Virus record (IMG/VR): IMGVR_UViG_3300027260_000002
Source of the DNA: a virus
Taxonomy: Duplodnaviria; Heunggongvirae; Uroviricota; Caudoviricetes
DNA length: 64,000 nt
Direction: 5' to 3' (one strand)
The notes below the pieces were generated by a model. The model did no database searches and was not told the origin of the DNA. It saw only the letters and a list, made by a program, of their open reading frames with translations. Positions 8,758 to 18,521 of this stretch are shown here, in pieces. The position numbers and the translations under genes are program-made. Each line of letters begins with the position of its first letter. The stretch's first letter is position 1.

Positions 8758-9225
8758 ATGAACATCACGATCACTGGTATGATTGGCAAGCGCAAAGAGA
8801 AAGCGCTCCTCAAGGAAGCCGCAGAATTCTTTGCAGCCCAACTCATGGATCCTCGCATGGTTCGCAACCTCACCCTCGACATCGAAGTTTACAACAACCT
8901 TGATGTTGAAGGCGAATGTGTCGATGAAGATGGTTTTCGCAATCCTCGTTGGTTCACCATCGGCCTGAAGAGCCAAGACATCAAAGACATGATCAAAACT
9001 CTCGGCCACGAAATGGTCCATGTTAAGCAGCATGCCAAGAACGAACTTCAGACTGGCCATGCAGTTGCTGCACGTGGCGGCCTCAAAATCTACAGCAAGT
9101 GGATGGGTGAAATCTGGAAAGCAAAACGCAAAGAAGATGATTACTTTGACTCTCCGTGGGAGATCGAAGCGTATGGCCGTGAAGTCGGTCTTTATGCAAA
9201 GTGGGTTCAATATAAAGGAAATTGA
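8758..9225 (+). CDS. HExxH zinc-metallopeptidase-like protein (SprT-like)
   Basis: ATG 8758 downstream of the cassette RBS. HEMVHVKQH...GH motif. Confidence 0.45.
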   Translation: MNITITGMIGKRKEKALLKEAAEFFAAQLMDPRMVRNLTLDIEVYNNLDVEGECVDEDGFRNPRWFTIGLKSQDIKDMIKTLGHEMVHVKQHAKNELQTGHAVAARGGLKIYSKWMGEIWKAKRKEDDYFDSPWEIEAYGREVGLYAKWVQYKGN

Positions 9226-9227
9226 TT

Positions 9228-9464
9228 ATGAAGATTATTGAAAAAGTTTTTAATGCCGTGTTCAGCTTTGGTGGTTTTATGACTATGGCTGGTATTCTAT
9301 TTCTACTCGGTCTTACGCTGATGATTAAAGGTGAGAATGCAGACAGGGCTCTAGTCGAGGCAACCACAAAGGCTTGCTATGACGGTGGTCTGATTAAAGT
9401 CGATACCGATGCAGGTTTTTATTGCGTTGCTCCTGCTAATCTTGTAAAGGTTGAAGTGAAATGA
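9228..9464 (+). CDS. small membrane protein
   Basis: ATG 9228 after AAGGA. TM segment FGGFMTMAGILFLLGLTLMI. Confidence 0.4.
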   Translation: MKIIEKVFNAVFSFGGFMTMAGILFLLGLTLMIKGENADRALVEATTKACYDGGLIKVDTDAGFYCVAPANLVKVEVK

Positions 9465-9673
9465 GTTTTTGGTTGATCGTATATCTGTTTACACAAGAAG
9501 GCGAGTTCATCGCCAAGGACGTTTATCAGACGGCTGATAAGGAACAGTGCGAGAGTTTTGCCGGCACTTATGCCAAGACCATTATCAATACCAAAACACA
9601 AGCACAGTTTCATTGTGTGAGTGACGATCACTATATGGGTCGTAAGCAAGACGAAGGTGTTGATTATGACTAA
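9461..9673 (+). CDS. hypothetical protein
   Basis: ORF with ATGA overlap to the upstream gene. No recognisable motifs. Confidence 0.35.
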   Translation: MSFWLIVYLFTQEGEFIAKDVYQTADKEQCESFAGTYAKTIINTKTQAQFHCVSDDHYMGRKQDEGVDYD

Positions 9674-9774
9674 TCATCCTCGTCAACGAGAGATGTGGGA
9701 TGGTCTGACTCGATCAGGTTGTCTCTATATGGTAATTTTGCTCATTATAGGAATGGTGATTGGAGTTTTAGTAA

Positions 9775-10194
9775 ATGGCATCTGAACGCGTAGGTATCGT
9801 AGCAAGTTGTTTTGATTTGTTTCATGCAGGTCATGTCCTTATGCTGATGGAAGCGAAGGAAAACTGTGATCGTCTGGTTGTGGCCTTGCAATCGGATCCG
9901 ACGATCGATCGTCCTGAGAAGAACAAGCCTGTTCAAGCTTTGTCTGAGCGTTATATTCAGTTGGAGGCATGTAAGTATGTTGATCAGATAATTCCATATG
10001 ACACAGAAGCAGATCTACTGAACCTGTTGACTGGATATGATTGGGATGTTCGATTCCTCGGTGATGACTATTTTCACCGTGATGATTATACTGGATATGG
10101 TTTAGATCTTCAAGTAAAGTTTCTTTCCAGGAAACACGATTATAGTTCGTCTGGTTTGCGTGATCGGATCTTAAAGGCAGGAAAAAGCAAATGA
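9775..10194 (+). CDS. cytidylyltransferase-like nucleotidyltransferase (HxGH motif; TagD/RfaE-domain-II-like)
   Basis: GIVASCFDLFHAGHVLML matches the (T/C)FD(L/I)xHxGH signature of glycerol-3-P cytidylyltransferase / ADP-heptose synthase domain II. Confidence 0.6.
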   Translation: MASERVGIVASCFDLFHAGHVLMLMEAKENCDRLVVALQSDPTIDRPEKNKPVQALSERYIQLEACKYVDQIIPYDTEADLLNLLTGYDWDVRFLGDDYFHRDDYTGYGLDLQVKFLSRKHDYSSSGLRDRILKAGKSK

Positions 10195-10634
10195 GTAAGT
10201 GGGCAGCACGATTCCTTGATCTCGCCGACCATGTTGCGACATGGTCAAAGGATCCTCGGACACAAGTAGGTTGTGTCATTGTAGATAAGCACAATCGTAT
10301 CGTCTCGCTTGGTTTCAATGGCTTTCCTCGTGGTGTAAAAGATCTTGCAGAGAGATACAACGATAGGCCTACGAAGCATCTGTTCGTAGCTCATGCCGAA
10401 CGGAACGCGCTCGACAATGCGCCACTGTCTGTCGAAGGCTGTACACTTTATAGTCCTCTTCTACCGTGCAGCGAATGCGCCAAGAGTATCATTCAGAAGG
10501 GAATTACGAAGGTGGTATCGTATGAGCCAGTTGAAGACGTCGAACATTTTCACTGGCATGTCACAAAACAAATGTTTTTAGAAGCTGGAGTTCAACTCTA
10601 TCTTATAAATAAAACTGTCACGCCTAATGGGTGA
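10191..10634 (+). CDS. cd: dCMP deaminase
   Basis: HAERNAL (zinc His/Glu) and PCSECAKSI (PCxxC) motifs of the cytidine/deoxycytidylate deaminase family. Confidence 0.8.
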   Translation: MSKWAARFLDLADHVATWSKDPRTQVGCVIVDKHNRIVSLGFNGFPRGVKDLAERYNDRPTKHLFVAHAERNALDNAPLSVEGCTLYSPLLPCSECAKSIIQKGITKVVSYEPVEDVEHFHWHVTKQMFLEAGVQLYLINKTVTPNG

Positions 10635-10667
10635 CAAACTTTAATCTCGCTTAATAAGGAGCAAAAT

Positions 10668-11186
10668 ATGAAAGAATTTTATTCAACTCAAGCCTTTGAT
10701 CGTTTCTTTGTAGGATTTGATCCAATCGTCAAGAAACTTTCTGAAGCAACAGAGCAGACCTTAAAGGCCGCTCAACAAAACTATCCTCCATATAATATCA
10801 AGAAGATTGATGAGAGCAAGTATCTTATCGAGATGGCTGTTGCTGGCTTCGGTAAGCAAGATCTTGAAATCGAACTTGCAGATGATAAGCTCATCATTAA
10901 AGGTAATGTTCAGTCTGGTGAACCTGCAGAACAGGGGTCAAATGGAGAGTGGACATGGCCAGCATTCCTTTATCAAGGACTCGCTAACCGTCCATTCACT
11001 CGCACGTTCAATCTCGCAGATAACGTAGAGATTCGTGGTGCATCTCTTCTGAATGGTATTCTGAAGATTGCTTTGGAAGCTATTATTCCTGAGCACAAGA
11101 AGCCGAAGAAGATAAAGATCGACGACGAAGATACCGAGTATCCGTCGCAAGCTGCCGAATTCTTGGCAGAAGGTAAAACTAAGTAA
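10668..11186 (+). CDS. hsp20: Hsp20/alpha-crystallin family small heat-shock protein
   Basis: AAGGAG RBS. IbpA-like core YNIKKIDESKYLIEMAVAGFGKQDLEIELADDKLIIKG. Confidence 0.8.
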   Translation: MKEFYSTQAFDRFFVGFDPIVKKLSEATEQTLKAAQQNYPPYNIKKIDESKYLIEMAVAGFGKQDLEIELADDKLIIKGNVQSGEPAEQGSNGEWTWPAFLYQGLANRPFTRTFNLADNVEIRGASLLNGILKIALEAIIPEHKKPKKIKIDDEDTEYPSQAAEFLAEGKTK

Positions 11187-11189
11187 AAA

Positions 11190-11215
11190 GAAGGGGAGCT
11201 TTCGCTCCCCTTCAA
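11190..11215. terminator. bidirectional rho-independent terminator between convergent genes
   Basis: GGGGAGC-TTTC-GCTCCCC hairpin with T-runs on both strands. Confidence 0.6.
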
Positions 11216-11216
11216 T

Positions 11217-12401
11217 TTATCCCCAATTGGCGTATTGTTTTGTTTTCTTTAAACGATCGTCAAGACCGTGTGTACCGCCATTCACTCTCTTCGAGATTTG
11301 AGTGATCACCGCATCGGTTACACCTTTGTCTGCAATTGCAAGCAATCCATTCTTACGGAAGAACCATAATGCAGACTCAAAAGCCAACTCACCAACCACA
11401 AGATCAGGATTCGTCAAGACGTCAGGACGTTTTACGTCAGCGGCAAAAGCTGTATAGTTGTCTTTCCCGGTCAGTTGGATCGGGCCTCGACCACGCCACT
11501 TCCAACCATCTCCAGAGGCTTCTGATCCGTTCCCCATCCGATTAGCATACACTTTGTTAGCAATCTTTTCTGGCTTACGAGCATAACCTGCGGTCGAAGC
11601 GATCGTAGGAAAATACTTCTTGAAGATGCCGTTGAGTCCCTTATCTGAGTAGTTCAGGTTCTCGGAGAACACCTTAAACCCGCCTGACTCGTGCGCACAC
11701 TGACCGAAGAAGTGCGCTGCTTGATTATTTGTCAGCTTGAAGTAATCTCTTGCTGCCTTATATGTGCCAGGTCCCCATTTACCGTCGGCAGTAATGCCGC
11801 ATTTTGTTTGGAGAGCAGCTAATGGACCAAGACCTGATACCTTTGAAGGAGCAGCCGGAGACGACTGAGGAGGCGCTTGCTTTGGCGCTGTGGCAATTGA
11901 AGGAGCCCCAGCAGCCTTTGTCGTCGATGGATCAAAGTCAGCGACCGTTGTATAGACGGTTCCGCCTGCCTTCGACTTCGTAGCGATCATACGCATCTTA
12001 CGATTGCCACCACCCTTCTTAATCGAAGCGTGAACCCAGCCAGAATTCTTATCGCCCTTTGTATAGAACTCAAGAATTACTTGGTCAAATTCGAGATTGT
12101 CGCCGATCCAATCCGCAACAACTTTGTTGTCAATACCAGGAATTTCGAAGTCGATCGCTTGGCCATTGACGTGCTGTGATGTCTTCGAACCGCCGACTGC
12201 CTTGTTCACCAACGGTGCACGATAAGACGAGTTGATTTGAACTGGTTTGCCAAAGTGATTACGAACTGGTTCGAGAATCTTTTCGCAGCAGTAACGCATG
12301 TTCTCAATGTGTTCTGGAGTTGGAGTGTTACTAAGTCCGAGTCTTTTTGCAGTAGGAGAAACAATCATCTCTGCCAAAGAAAAATGTTCAGTTAATTTCA
12401 T
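11217..12401 (-). CDS. multidomain endolysin: Peptidase_M15-like N-domain, peptidoglycan-binding domain, GH19 lysozyme/chitinase-like C-domain
   Basis: N-terminal SSYRAP...SQH..G.A.DF (M15 D-Ala-D-Ala carboxypeptidase-like). Middle CGITADGKWGPGT (PG_binding_1-like). C-terminal GQCAHESGGF ... NRMGNG ... WRGRGPIQLTG (GH19 signature blocks). Confidence 0.7.
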   Translation of the reverse strand: MKLTEHFSLAEMIVSPTAKRLGLSNTPTPEHIENMRYCCEKILEPVRNHFGKPVQINSSYRAPLVNKAVGGSKTSQHVNGQAIDFEIPGIDNKVVADWIGDNLEFDQVILEFYTKGDKNSGWVHASIKKGGGNRKMRMIATKSKAGGTVYTTVADFDPSTTKAAGAPSIATAPKQAPPQSSPAAPSKVSGLGPLAALQTKCGITADGKWGPGTYKAARDYFKLTNNQAAHFFGQCAHESGGFKVFSENLNYSDKGLNGIFKKYFPTIASTAGYARKPEKIANKVYANRMGNGSEASGDGWKWRGRGPIQLTGKDNYTAFAADVKRPDVLTNPDLVVGELAFESALWFFRKNGLLAIADKGVTDAVITQISKRVNGGTHGLDDRLKKTKQYANWG

Positions 12402-12478
12402 TTATTATCGCCTTTTGCTATGTACTTTATTTGGGTTTTAGGGTATAACTAATAATGCGGCCAGATACTGGAGATCCA

Positions 12479-14986
12479 ATGAATTTTTATACCAATGTTA
12501 CTCGTCATCGAAATCAAATTCTAGTTCGCGGAATATCTGACGGCAAACCTGTCAAGTTTTCTGTGAAATACAAACCTTATTTATTCGTTCAAGCAAGTGC
12601 ACAAACTGAACATAAGAACCTCAAAGGTGAATATGTCGGCAAGATGCAGTTCGATTCCATGTCTGAAACACGAGAGTTTCTGCAAAGTTATGAGAACGTG
12701 GCAGGCATGAACATCTACGGCCTCTCTGATTGGCCTTACATGTATATTTATGACAAGTATAAAGGTGAGATCAAGTATGATCCTGCCCTTGTTTCAGTTT
12801 GTTCGATCGATATCGAGACCAGCATCGAAGGCGGCTTTCCTGATATCGAGAAAGCTGACAACGAAATCACAGCGATTACCATCGGCCGCAATGGTAGGAA
12901 GACTACGTTTGGTTGCGGTGAATACAAGGAGCATCAAGACAATGTACAATATTACAAATGCGCAGACGAATCTGCACTCTTACTCGCCTTTCTCGAAGTC
13001 TGGAACGGATCACTCTATTCGCCTGACGTTGTCACGGGCTGGAACATCGAGTTCTTCGATATCCCATATCTTGTCAACAGGATTCGAAAAGTTCTTGGAT
13101 CTGATCACGCTGAACGTCTCTCTCCCTGGAAAATGCTCCGTGAATACAAAGTTAACAGCCGTGGACGAGAATGCATTTGCTATGCCCCTATCGGCATCGC
13201 AGTCCTTGATTACATCCAGCTTTATCGGAAGTTTACGTACACAGAGCAGGAATCTTACCGACTTGACTACATCGCTCAAGTTGAACTGAACGAAGGTAAG
13301 ATTGACTATCGTGACGAAGGTTATACCGACCTCGACGACCTTCGTCTCAGGAACTTCCAACGTTACATCGAATATAACGTTCGTGACGTTGAGATCGTTG
13401 AGAGGCTCGAAGATAAGCTGAAGCTCATCGAGTTGGTCTATGCTTTGGCTTATGACGCCAAGGTTAACTATGAAGATACTATGACAACCGTGAAACAGTG
13501 GGACGTGATCACTCACAACTACCTACTCGATCGAAACATCGTAGTGCCTCTCAACGATAAGAATAAACCCGACCGAGCCTTCGTAGGCGGATATGTCAAA
13601 GATCCAAAGGTCGGTATGAGTAAATGGGTTGTGTCGTTCGATTTGAATTCCCTTTATCCCCACCTTATCATGCAGTACAACATCTCCCCCGAGACGCTTG
13701 TTACTCGCTTAAAAGATAAGGTGTCAATCGACGACCTACTTGTTGGTGGCGCTAGTCAGTTCGGTGGCTATCTTGATAAAACGAACTGTACTATCGCCGC
13801 CAACCTTTGTATCTATACGAAAGAAAAACGAGGCTTCTTGCCATCGATTATGGATCGTATGTATGACGATCGTACTCGTTACAAAAAGCAGATGATCGAG
13901 TGCAAGAAGGAATACGAGAAGACGAAAGATCCTCGTCTTGTCAAGGAAATTGCACGACTCGATAACATGCAGATGGCCAAGAAGATTCAGCTGAACTCGG
14001 CTTATGGTGCTCTCGGTAATAAGTGGTTCCGTTGGTTTGACGTGAACAATGCCGAAGCCATCACCACATCTGGTCAGCTCAGCATTCGTTGGATCGAGAA
14101 CAAGCTCAACGACTATCTCAACAAACTGTTGAAGACAGAAAACTTTGACTATGTGTTGGCTTCCGATACCGACTCGGTTTATGTGACTCTCGAATACCTC
14201 GTCAAGAATGTATTCGGTGATGATGTGCCTGAAACCAAGAAGGTGATTCAGTATATCGACAAGATCTGTAAGGAACGTATCGAACCATTCATCGATCGTT
14301 CTTATCAAGAACTTGCCGAATATATGCACGCATATGCTCAGAAGATGCAAATGAAGCGAGAGAACATCGCAGACAAAGGCATCTGGAAAGCCAAGAAGAT
14401 GTACATTCTCAATGTATGGAACTCTGAAGGCGTTGAGTATGAGAAGCCGAAGTTGAAGATGACAGGCATCGAAGCGGTTCGATCCTCGACTCCGACTGCA
14501 TGCCGTGATGCCATTAAGAAGTCTCTCGAGATTATCATGGCTGGATCTGAATCGGATCTTCAGAAGTATGTCGCCAACTTCAAGGAAAAGTTTTCATCTC
14601 TTGGGTTTGACGACGTGGCTTTCACTCGCGGTGTCAAGGACATCGAGAAATATTGGGTAGGTGGTAGGTTCCAAAGCCAGACTCCTATCCATGTTCGTGG
14701 TTCTGTGGTCTACAACGAAATGTTGAAGAAGAAGAAACTTACAAATAAATATCAATCCATTACCAGCGGTGAGAAAATTAAGTTTGCATACTTGAAAAAC
14801 CCAAATCCGACACAAGACTATGTTATCTCGTGTCCGAATGGTCTACCGAAAGAATTGAAGATGGAAACTTACATCGACTATGCGGTGCAGTTCGAGAAAG
14901 GCTATCTCAGCCCTATCGAGTCGATCACTAACACCATGGGATGGCAAGCAGAAAAACGCGCAACACTGGAGGATTGGTTCTCATGA
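12479..14986 (+). CDS. 43: family-B DNA polymerase (T4 gp43-like)
   Basis: GGAG RBS. Exo motifs (DIETS, YNVRDVE), pol motifs (DLNSLYPH, KIQLNSAYG, YVLASDTDSVYV, KKMY). Long collinearity with T4 gp43. Confidence 0.95.
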   Translation: MNFYTNVTRHRNQILVRGISDGKPVKFSVKYKPYLFVQASAQTEHKNLKGEYVGKMQFDSMSETREFLQSYENVAGMNIYGLSDWPYMYIYDKYKGEIKYDPALVSVCSIDIETSIEGGFPDIEKADNEITAITIGRNGRKTTFGCGEYKEHQDNVQYYKCADESALLLAFLEVWNGSLYSPDVVTGWNIEFFDIPYLVNRIRKVLGSDHAERLSPWKMLREYKVNSRGRECICYAPIGIAVLDYIQLYRKFTYTEQESYRLDYIAQVELNEGKIDYRDEGYTDLDDLRLRNFQRYIEYNVRDVEIVERLEDKLKLIELVYALAYDAKVNYEDTMTTVKQWDVITHNYLLDRNIVVPLNDKNKPDRAFVGGYVKDPKVGMSKWVVSFDLNSLYPHLIMQYNISPETLVTRLKDKVSIDDLLVGGASQFGGYLDKTNCTIAANLCIYTKEKRGFLPSIMDRMYDDRTRYKKQMIECKKEYEKTKDPRLVKEIARLDNMQMAKKIQLNSAYGALGNKWFRWFDVNNAEAITTSGQLSIRWIENKLNDYLNKLLKTENFDYVLASDTDSVYVTLEYLVKNVFGDDVPETKKVIQYIDKICKERIEPFIDRSYQELAEYMHAYAQKMQMKRENIADKGIWKAKKMYILNVWNSEGVEYEKPKLKMTGIEAVRSSTPTACRDAIKKSLEIIMAGSESDLQKYVANFKEKFSSLGFDDVAFTRGVKDIEKYWVGGRFQSQTPIHVRGSVVYNEMLKKKKLTNKYQSITSGEKIKFAYLKNPNPTQDYVISCPNGLPKELKMETYIDYAVQFEKGYLSPIESITNTMGWQAEKRATLEDWFS

Positions 14987-15183
14987 TGGTAACAGAATAC
15001 AATGGCAATGGAAAATATGCAAATCGCCGAGCTGAATTGCATAAGCAAATCTATGATGATTATTACTATGTCAAGTTTTTTGAAAATGATGAGCATATTG
15101 AAACGCGAGTTTTAAAAGACAAAACATTACGATACGCAGAAGATTGCGCTGAAAACTGGACAATAGGAGTTATTAATGGCTAA
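14983..15183 (+). CDS. small hypothetical protein
   Basis: ATGA overlap with the polymerase stop. Confidence 0.35.
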   Translation: MMVTEYNGNGKYANRRAELHKQIYDDYYYVKFFENDEHIETRVLKDKTLRYAEDCAENWTIGVING

Positions 15184-15406
15184 ACTAGATATAGACTTAG
15201 ACTTTGATTTTGGTTTCACGACTTCATCTGAAGAAGAAATCAAACAAGAAGGCAACGATAAGGCACGTTACATGTACGATGCCATCATGCCTTTACTTAC
15301 AAACTTAAAGAAAGATGCAGACAAAAACCCGATCATCAACTGGCCTAATCGTGCCGAGAAAATCGATCTCTTCATTACTAAATTAAATAAGATTCTCGCA
15401 TCTTAA
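15176..15406 (+). CDS. small acidic hypothetical protein
   Basis: ORF with overlap coupling to the upstream ORF. Confidence 0.4.
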   Translation: MAKLDIDLDFDFGFTTSSEEEIKQEGNDKARYMYDAIMPLLTNLKKDADKNPIINWPNRAEKIDLFITKLNKILAS

Positions 15407-15462
15407 TGGTGTACAAATAAAGATATATCGTATATACTGGGACAATCAGACAAGGAGAAGTT

Positions 15463-16533
15463 ATGTCAGACCTATTAAATAAATTGCGTAAGAATACCAC
15501 AATCAAGGATTCAGATATTTTGTCTGATTCCAAGTTCTTCAATGCCAAGGACATGATCCGCACGACAGTGCCTGCAATCAACATTGCATTGAGTGGTAAA
15601 ATTAACGGTGGCTTCGTTCCTGGTCTGACCATTTGGGCAGGTCCATCGAAGCACTTCAAAACTTCTTTTAGTCTTCTCATGGCGAAAGCATACATGGACA
15701 CGTATCCAGATGCAGTCATGCTTTTCTATGACTCAGAATTTGGTACTCCTCAATCTTACTTCGACTCGTTCGGCATCGACACATCTCGAGTTCTCCATAC
15801 TCCCATCACAGATGTCGAACAGTTGAAGTTTGATATTATGCATCAGTTCGAAGAGATCAAGCGCGGCGATCGTGTCATCGTTGTGATCGACTCGGTCGGC
15901 AATCTCGCTTCGAAGAAGGAAGTCGAAGATGCACTCAAGCAGAACTCAGCCGCCGATATGACTCGCGCAAAACAGTTGAAGTCGCTCTTCCGCATGGTTA
16001 CGCCCCATCTTAACCTCAAGGATATTCCTCTGATCGTGGTCAACCACACTTATCAGACTCAAGAGATGTACTCGAAGGCCGTCGTATCTGGTGGCACTGG
16101 CATCTATTATTCGGCTGACAACATCTTCATTCTTGGTCGTCAACAAGAGAAAGATGGCAAGGAAGTCACTGGCTACAACTTCATCATCAACGTTGAGAAG
16201 TCTCGCTTTGTAAAAGAAAAGAGCAAGATTCCAATCGAAGTATCATGGGAAGAAGGCATCAGCAAATGGTCTGGTCTACTTGACATGGCTCTCGAGTCTG
16301 GTCACGTGATCAAGCCAAAGGTTGGTTGGTTCCAAAAGGTTGATATGACTACTGGAGAAATCTCCGATAAGTCGTATCGCCTGAATGATACTTATAACTT
16401 CAACTTCTGGCATCCTATTCTACAGTGTCCTAAGTTCAATGAGTTCGTTGAAAAGAAGTACGCTGCAGCAAACGGTGCCATTATGCAAAGTGAAGACGAA
16501 GTGGCAGATGTCTATGAGATGGAGGATGAATGA
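15463..16533 (+). CDS. uvsX: RecA-like recombinase UvsX
   Basis: GGAGAAG RBS. Collinear with T4 UvsX (SKFFN.KD..RT.IP..NIALSG...GG, AGPSK.FK, DSLGNLASKKE..DAL, TRAK..KSLFR, INHTYETQEMFSK). Confidence 0.95.
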   Translation: MSDLLNKLRKNTTIKDSDILSDSKFFNAKDMIRTTVPAINIALSGKINGGFVPGLTIWAGPSKHFKTSFSLLMAKAYMDTYPDAVMLFYDSEFGTPQSYFDSFGIDTSRVLHTPITDVEQLKFDIMHQFEEIKRGDRVIVVIDSVGNLASKKEVEDALKQNSAADMTRAKQLKSLFRMVTPHLNLKDIPLIVVNHTYQTQEMYSKAVVSGGTGIYYSADNIFILGRQQEKDGKEVTGYNFIINVEKSRFVKEKSKIPIEVSWEEGISKWSGLLDMALESGHVIKPKVGWFQKVDMTTGEISDKSYRLNDTYNFNFWHPILQCPKFNEFVEKKYAAANGAIMQSEDEVADVYEMEDE

Positions 16534-17945
16534 GAATTGAACACATCATATTTGGAAATCTTATTGAAAACGAGGATTATGCCCGCAAGGTCATTCCATT
16601 CCTCAAAGAAGAATACTTTACAGACACTGTAGATCGTAAGATCTTCTCTATCATTCATGAATACGTGGGAAAGTATAACAACTTTCCTACAAAATCTGCT
16701 GTCGAGATTGATCTTAACGAGGTAGGTGGTCTGTCTGACGATCAGTTCAAGCTTGCCAAAGAAGTTGTCTCTGGACTTGACAAGTCTGAAGATCGTGATG
16801 TGGCATGGCTCGTAGATAATACCGAGAAGTTTTGTAAAGACAAGGCATTGTATAATGCTTTGATGAAGTCTATTCAGTTGGTAGACGACAGCAAGAAGGA
16901 TAGCATCTCAGTCGGTGCTATTCCTCAGATCTTGACTGACGCACTCGGTGTTTCTTTCGATAGCCATATCGGCCACGACTTCTTGAATGATGCAGCAGAA
17001 CGCTATGAGTTCTATCATCGTAAGGAAGTTCGTATCGGTTTCGACCTTGATTTCTTTAACAAGATTACTCAAGGCGGTCTGCCTCGTAAGACACTGAACA
17101 TTGCTCTTGCTGGTACTGGTGTCGGTAAGTCATTGTTCATGTGTCATAACGCGGCTCAAAACTTGATGTCGGGTCAGAATGTCTTGTATATCACTTTGGA
17201 AATGGCAGAAGAAAGAATCGCCGAGCGTATCGATGCCAATCTCCTCGGTGTAACACTCGACGATCTGAAGGATCTACCTCAAGCCATCTACTACAAGTTG
17301 GTAGGCAAAGTCAAGGAACGAGCAAAAGGCAAGCTCATTGTGAAGGAGTATCCAACAGCATGCGCAGGATCCGCAAACTTTCGACATCTCTTGAACGAAT
17401 TGAAGATCAAGAAGAACTTTATCCCCGACATTATTTACATCGATTATCTGAACATCTGTGCGTCGTCGAGGATCAAGCCGGGATCGAACGTGAACTCGTA
17501 CACCTACATCAAGGCGATCGCCGAAGAACTTCGCGGCCTCGCCGTCGAGTTCAACGTGCCAATCGTTTCTGCTACTCAGACTAATCGTTCTGGTTTCAGC
17601 AACTCTGATGTCGGTCTCGAAGATACATCTGAATCGTTCGGTCTGCCAGCAACGGCCGACTTTATGTTTGCCTTGATTACGAGTGAAGAGCTACGTCAAC
17701 TCAATCAGATCATGGTAAAGCAGTTGAAGAATCGTTACGGCGATCCTTCAGTACACAAGCGATTCGTGATTGGTGTCGACTATTCGAAAATGCGTCTGTA
17801 TAATGTAGAAGCATCTGCTCAAGAAGATCTTGTGCAAGACGAAGATCGACCAGTCTTCGACAACTCCGCCTCTGGTTATCGACTCGAGAATGAATCGAAA
17901 CCAGTCAGTAAGTTTGAGAAAATTAAATTTGCAGGTTTCAAATGA
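16530..17945 (+). CDS. 41: DnaB-like replicative helicase (T4 gp41-like)
   Basis: N-terminus IEHIIFGNLIENEDYARKVIPFLKEEYF is gp41-like. Walker A GTGVGKS, Walker B IIYIDYL, SATQTNR. Confidence 0.9.
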   Translation: MRIEHIIFGNLIENEDYARKVIPFLKEEYFTDTVDRKIFSIIHEYVGKYNNFPTKSAVEIDLNEVGGLSDDQFKLAKEVVSGLDKSEDRDVAWLVDNTEKFCKDKALYNALMKSIQLVDDSKKDSISVGAIPQILTDALGVSFDSHIGHDFLNDAAERYEFYHRKEVRIGFDLDFFNKITQGGLPRKTLNIALAGTGVGKSLFMCHNAAQNLMSGQNVLYITLEMAEERIAERIDANLLGVTLDDLKDLPQAIYYKLVGKVKERAKGKLIVKEYPTACAGSANFRHLLNELKIKKNFIPDIIYIDYLNICASSRIKPGSNVNSYTYIKAIAEELRGLAVEFNVPIVSATQTNRSGFSNSDVGLEDTSESFGLPATADFMFALITSEELRQLNQIMVKQLKNRYGDPSVHKRFVIGVDYSKMRLYNVEASAQEDLVQDEDRPVFDNSASGYRLENESKPVSKFEKIKFAGFK

Positions 17946-18124
17946 TCGATAATCTCAGACGTGACTGGATAGTCAATACAGTCAAAAATCCTAAATACAG
18001 ATGGAAGTGCCAGATACTAAAGAATACTTGGTGGATGGTCGAGGAAGGCAATGAGCCTAATTGGTTTCATCGCAAGATGCAAGAACTTTGTTTTGGTTTT
18101 AAATGGGAGAAGATTGATGGTTAA
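17942..18124 (+). CDS. small Trp-rich hypothetical protein
   Basis: ATGA overlap with the helicase stop. Confidence 0.35.
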   Translation: MIDNLRRDWIVNTVKNPKYRWKCQILKNTWWMVEEGNEPNWFHRKMQELCFGFKWEKIDG

Positions 18125-18359
18125 CTATAAGATCGTAAATACTGGAAAGATCGTCGATGTCGGTGGCGGATTTGGCGAAAACAGCGGTGATATCCTTGAG
18201 ACCAAGACAGATCAGGTTGTAATCAAGGGTGTGCGTATGTCCAAAGTCAAAGAAATGGTTCGACATCTGAACTTTGGCGGTGGGTTTGACGGCCACACAC
18301 CAGCATTTTTTTTAGCCGAACGCGAAAAAACTTTAGAATTGACTGTAGAACTTGTATAA
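18117..18359 (+). CDS. small hypothetical protein
   Basis: Internal ATG 18117 in the frame of track ORF 18051..18359. Gly-rich VDVGGGFGENSGD. Confidence 0.4.
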   Translation: MVNYKIVNTGKIVDVGGGFGENSGDILETKTDQVVIKGVRMSKVKEMVRHLNFGGGFDGHTPAFFLAEREKTLELTVELV

Positions 18360-18393
18360 ATAGATGTACACTATGTGGTGCGTGGATATACAG
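18355..18393 (+). promoter_or_regulatory. TATAAATA (T4 late-promoter-like) overlapping a CATGTACA-N16-TATACA promoter
   Basis: TATAAATA 18355-18362, ATGTACA 18364-18370. Nothing but a terminator lies downstream, so this is a small non-coding transcription unit candidate. Confidence 0.4.
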
Positions 18394-18478
18394 TTTTAAC
18401 TGTGTAAGAGGCAAGTGTCTTAATTGACGACTGGAATAGGCAGGGTCACAGGTGGGGTTCCTCCTGCTACACGCATGA

Positions 18479-18508
18479 TGGGCGGCTTTCGGGTCGCCCA
18501 TTTTTTTG
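18479..18508 (+). terminator. rho-independent terminator
   Basis: TGGGCGGC-TTTCGG-GTCGCCCA hairpin plus TTTTTTT. Confidence 0.65.
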
Positions 18509-18521
18509 CTCTTTTTTTGAA

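Noticed and set aside
9666-9785. 39-aa TM micro-ORF overlapping the start of the cytidylyltransferase-like gene
   Set aside because: There is no convincing RBS and it overlaps a well-supported start. Possible, but unsupported.
13010-14350. Minus-strand ORFs (13010-13516, 13736-14350) inside the DNA polymerase gene
   Set aside because: They are fully embedded antisense to a highly conserved gp43 coding sequence. These are shadow ORFs.
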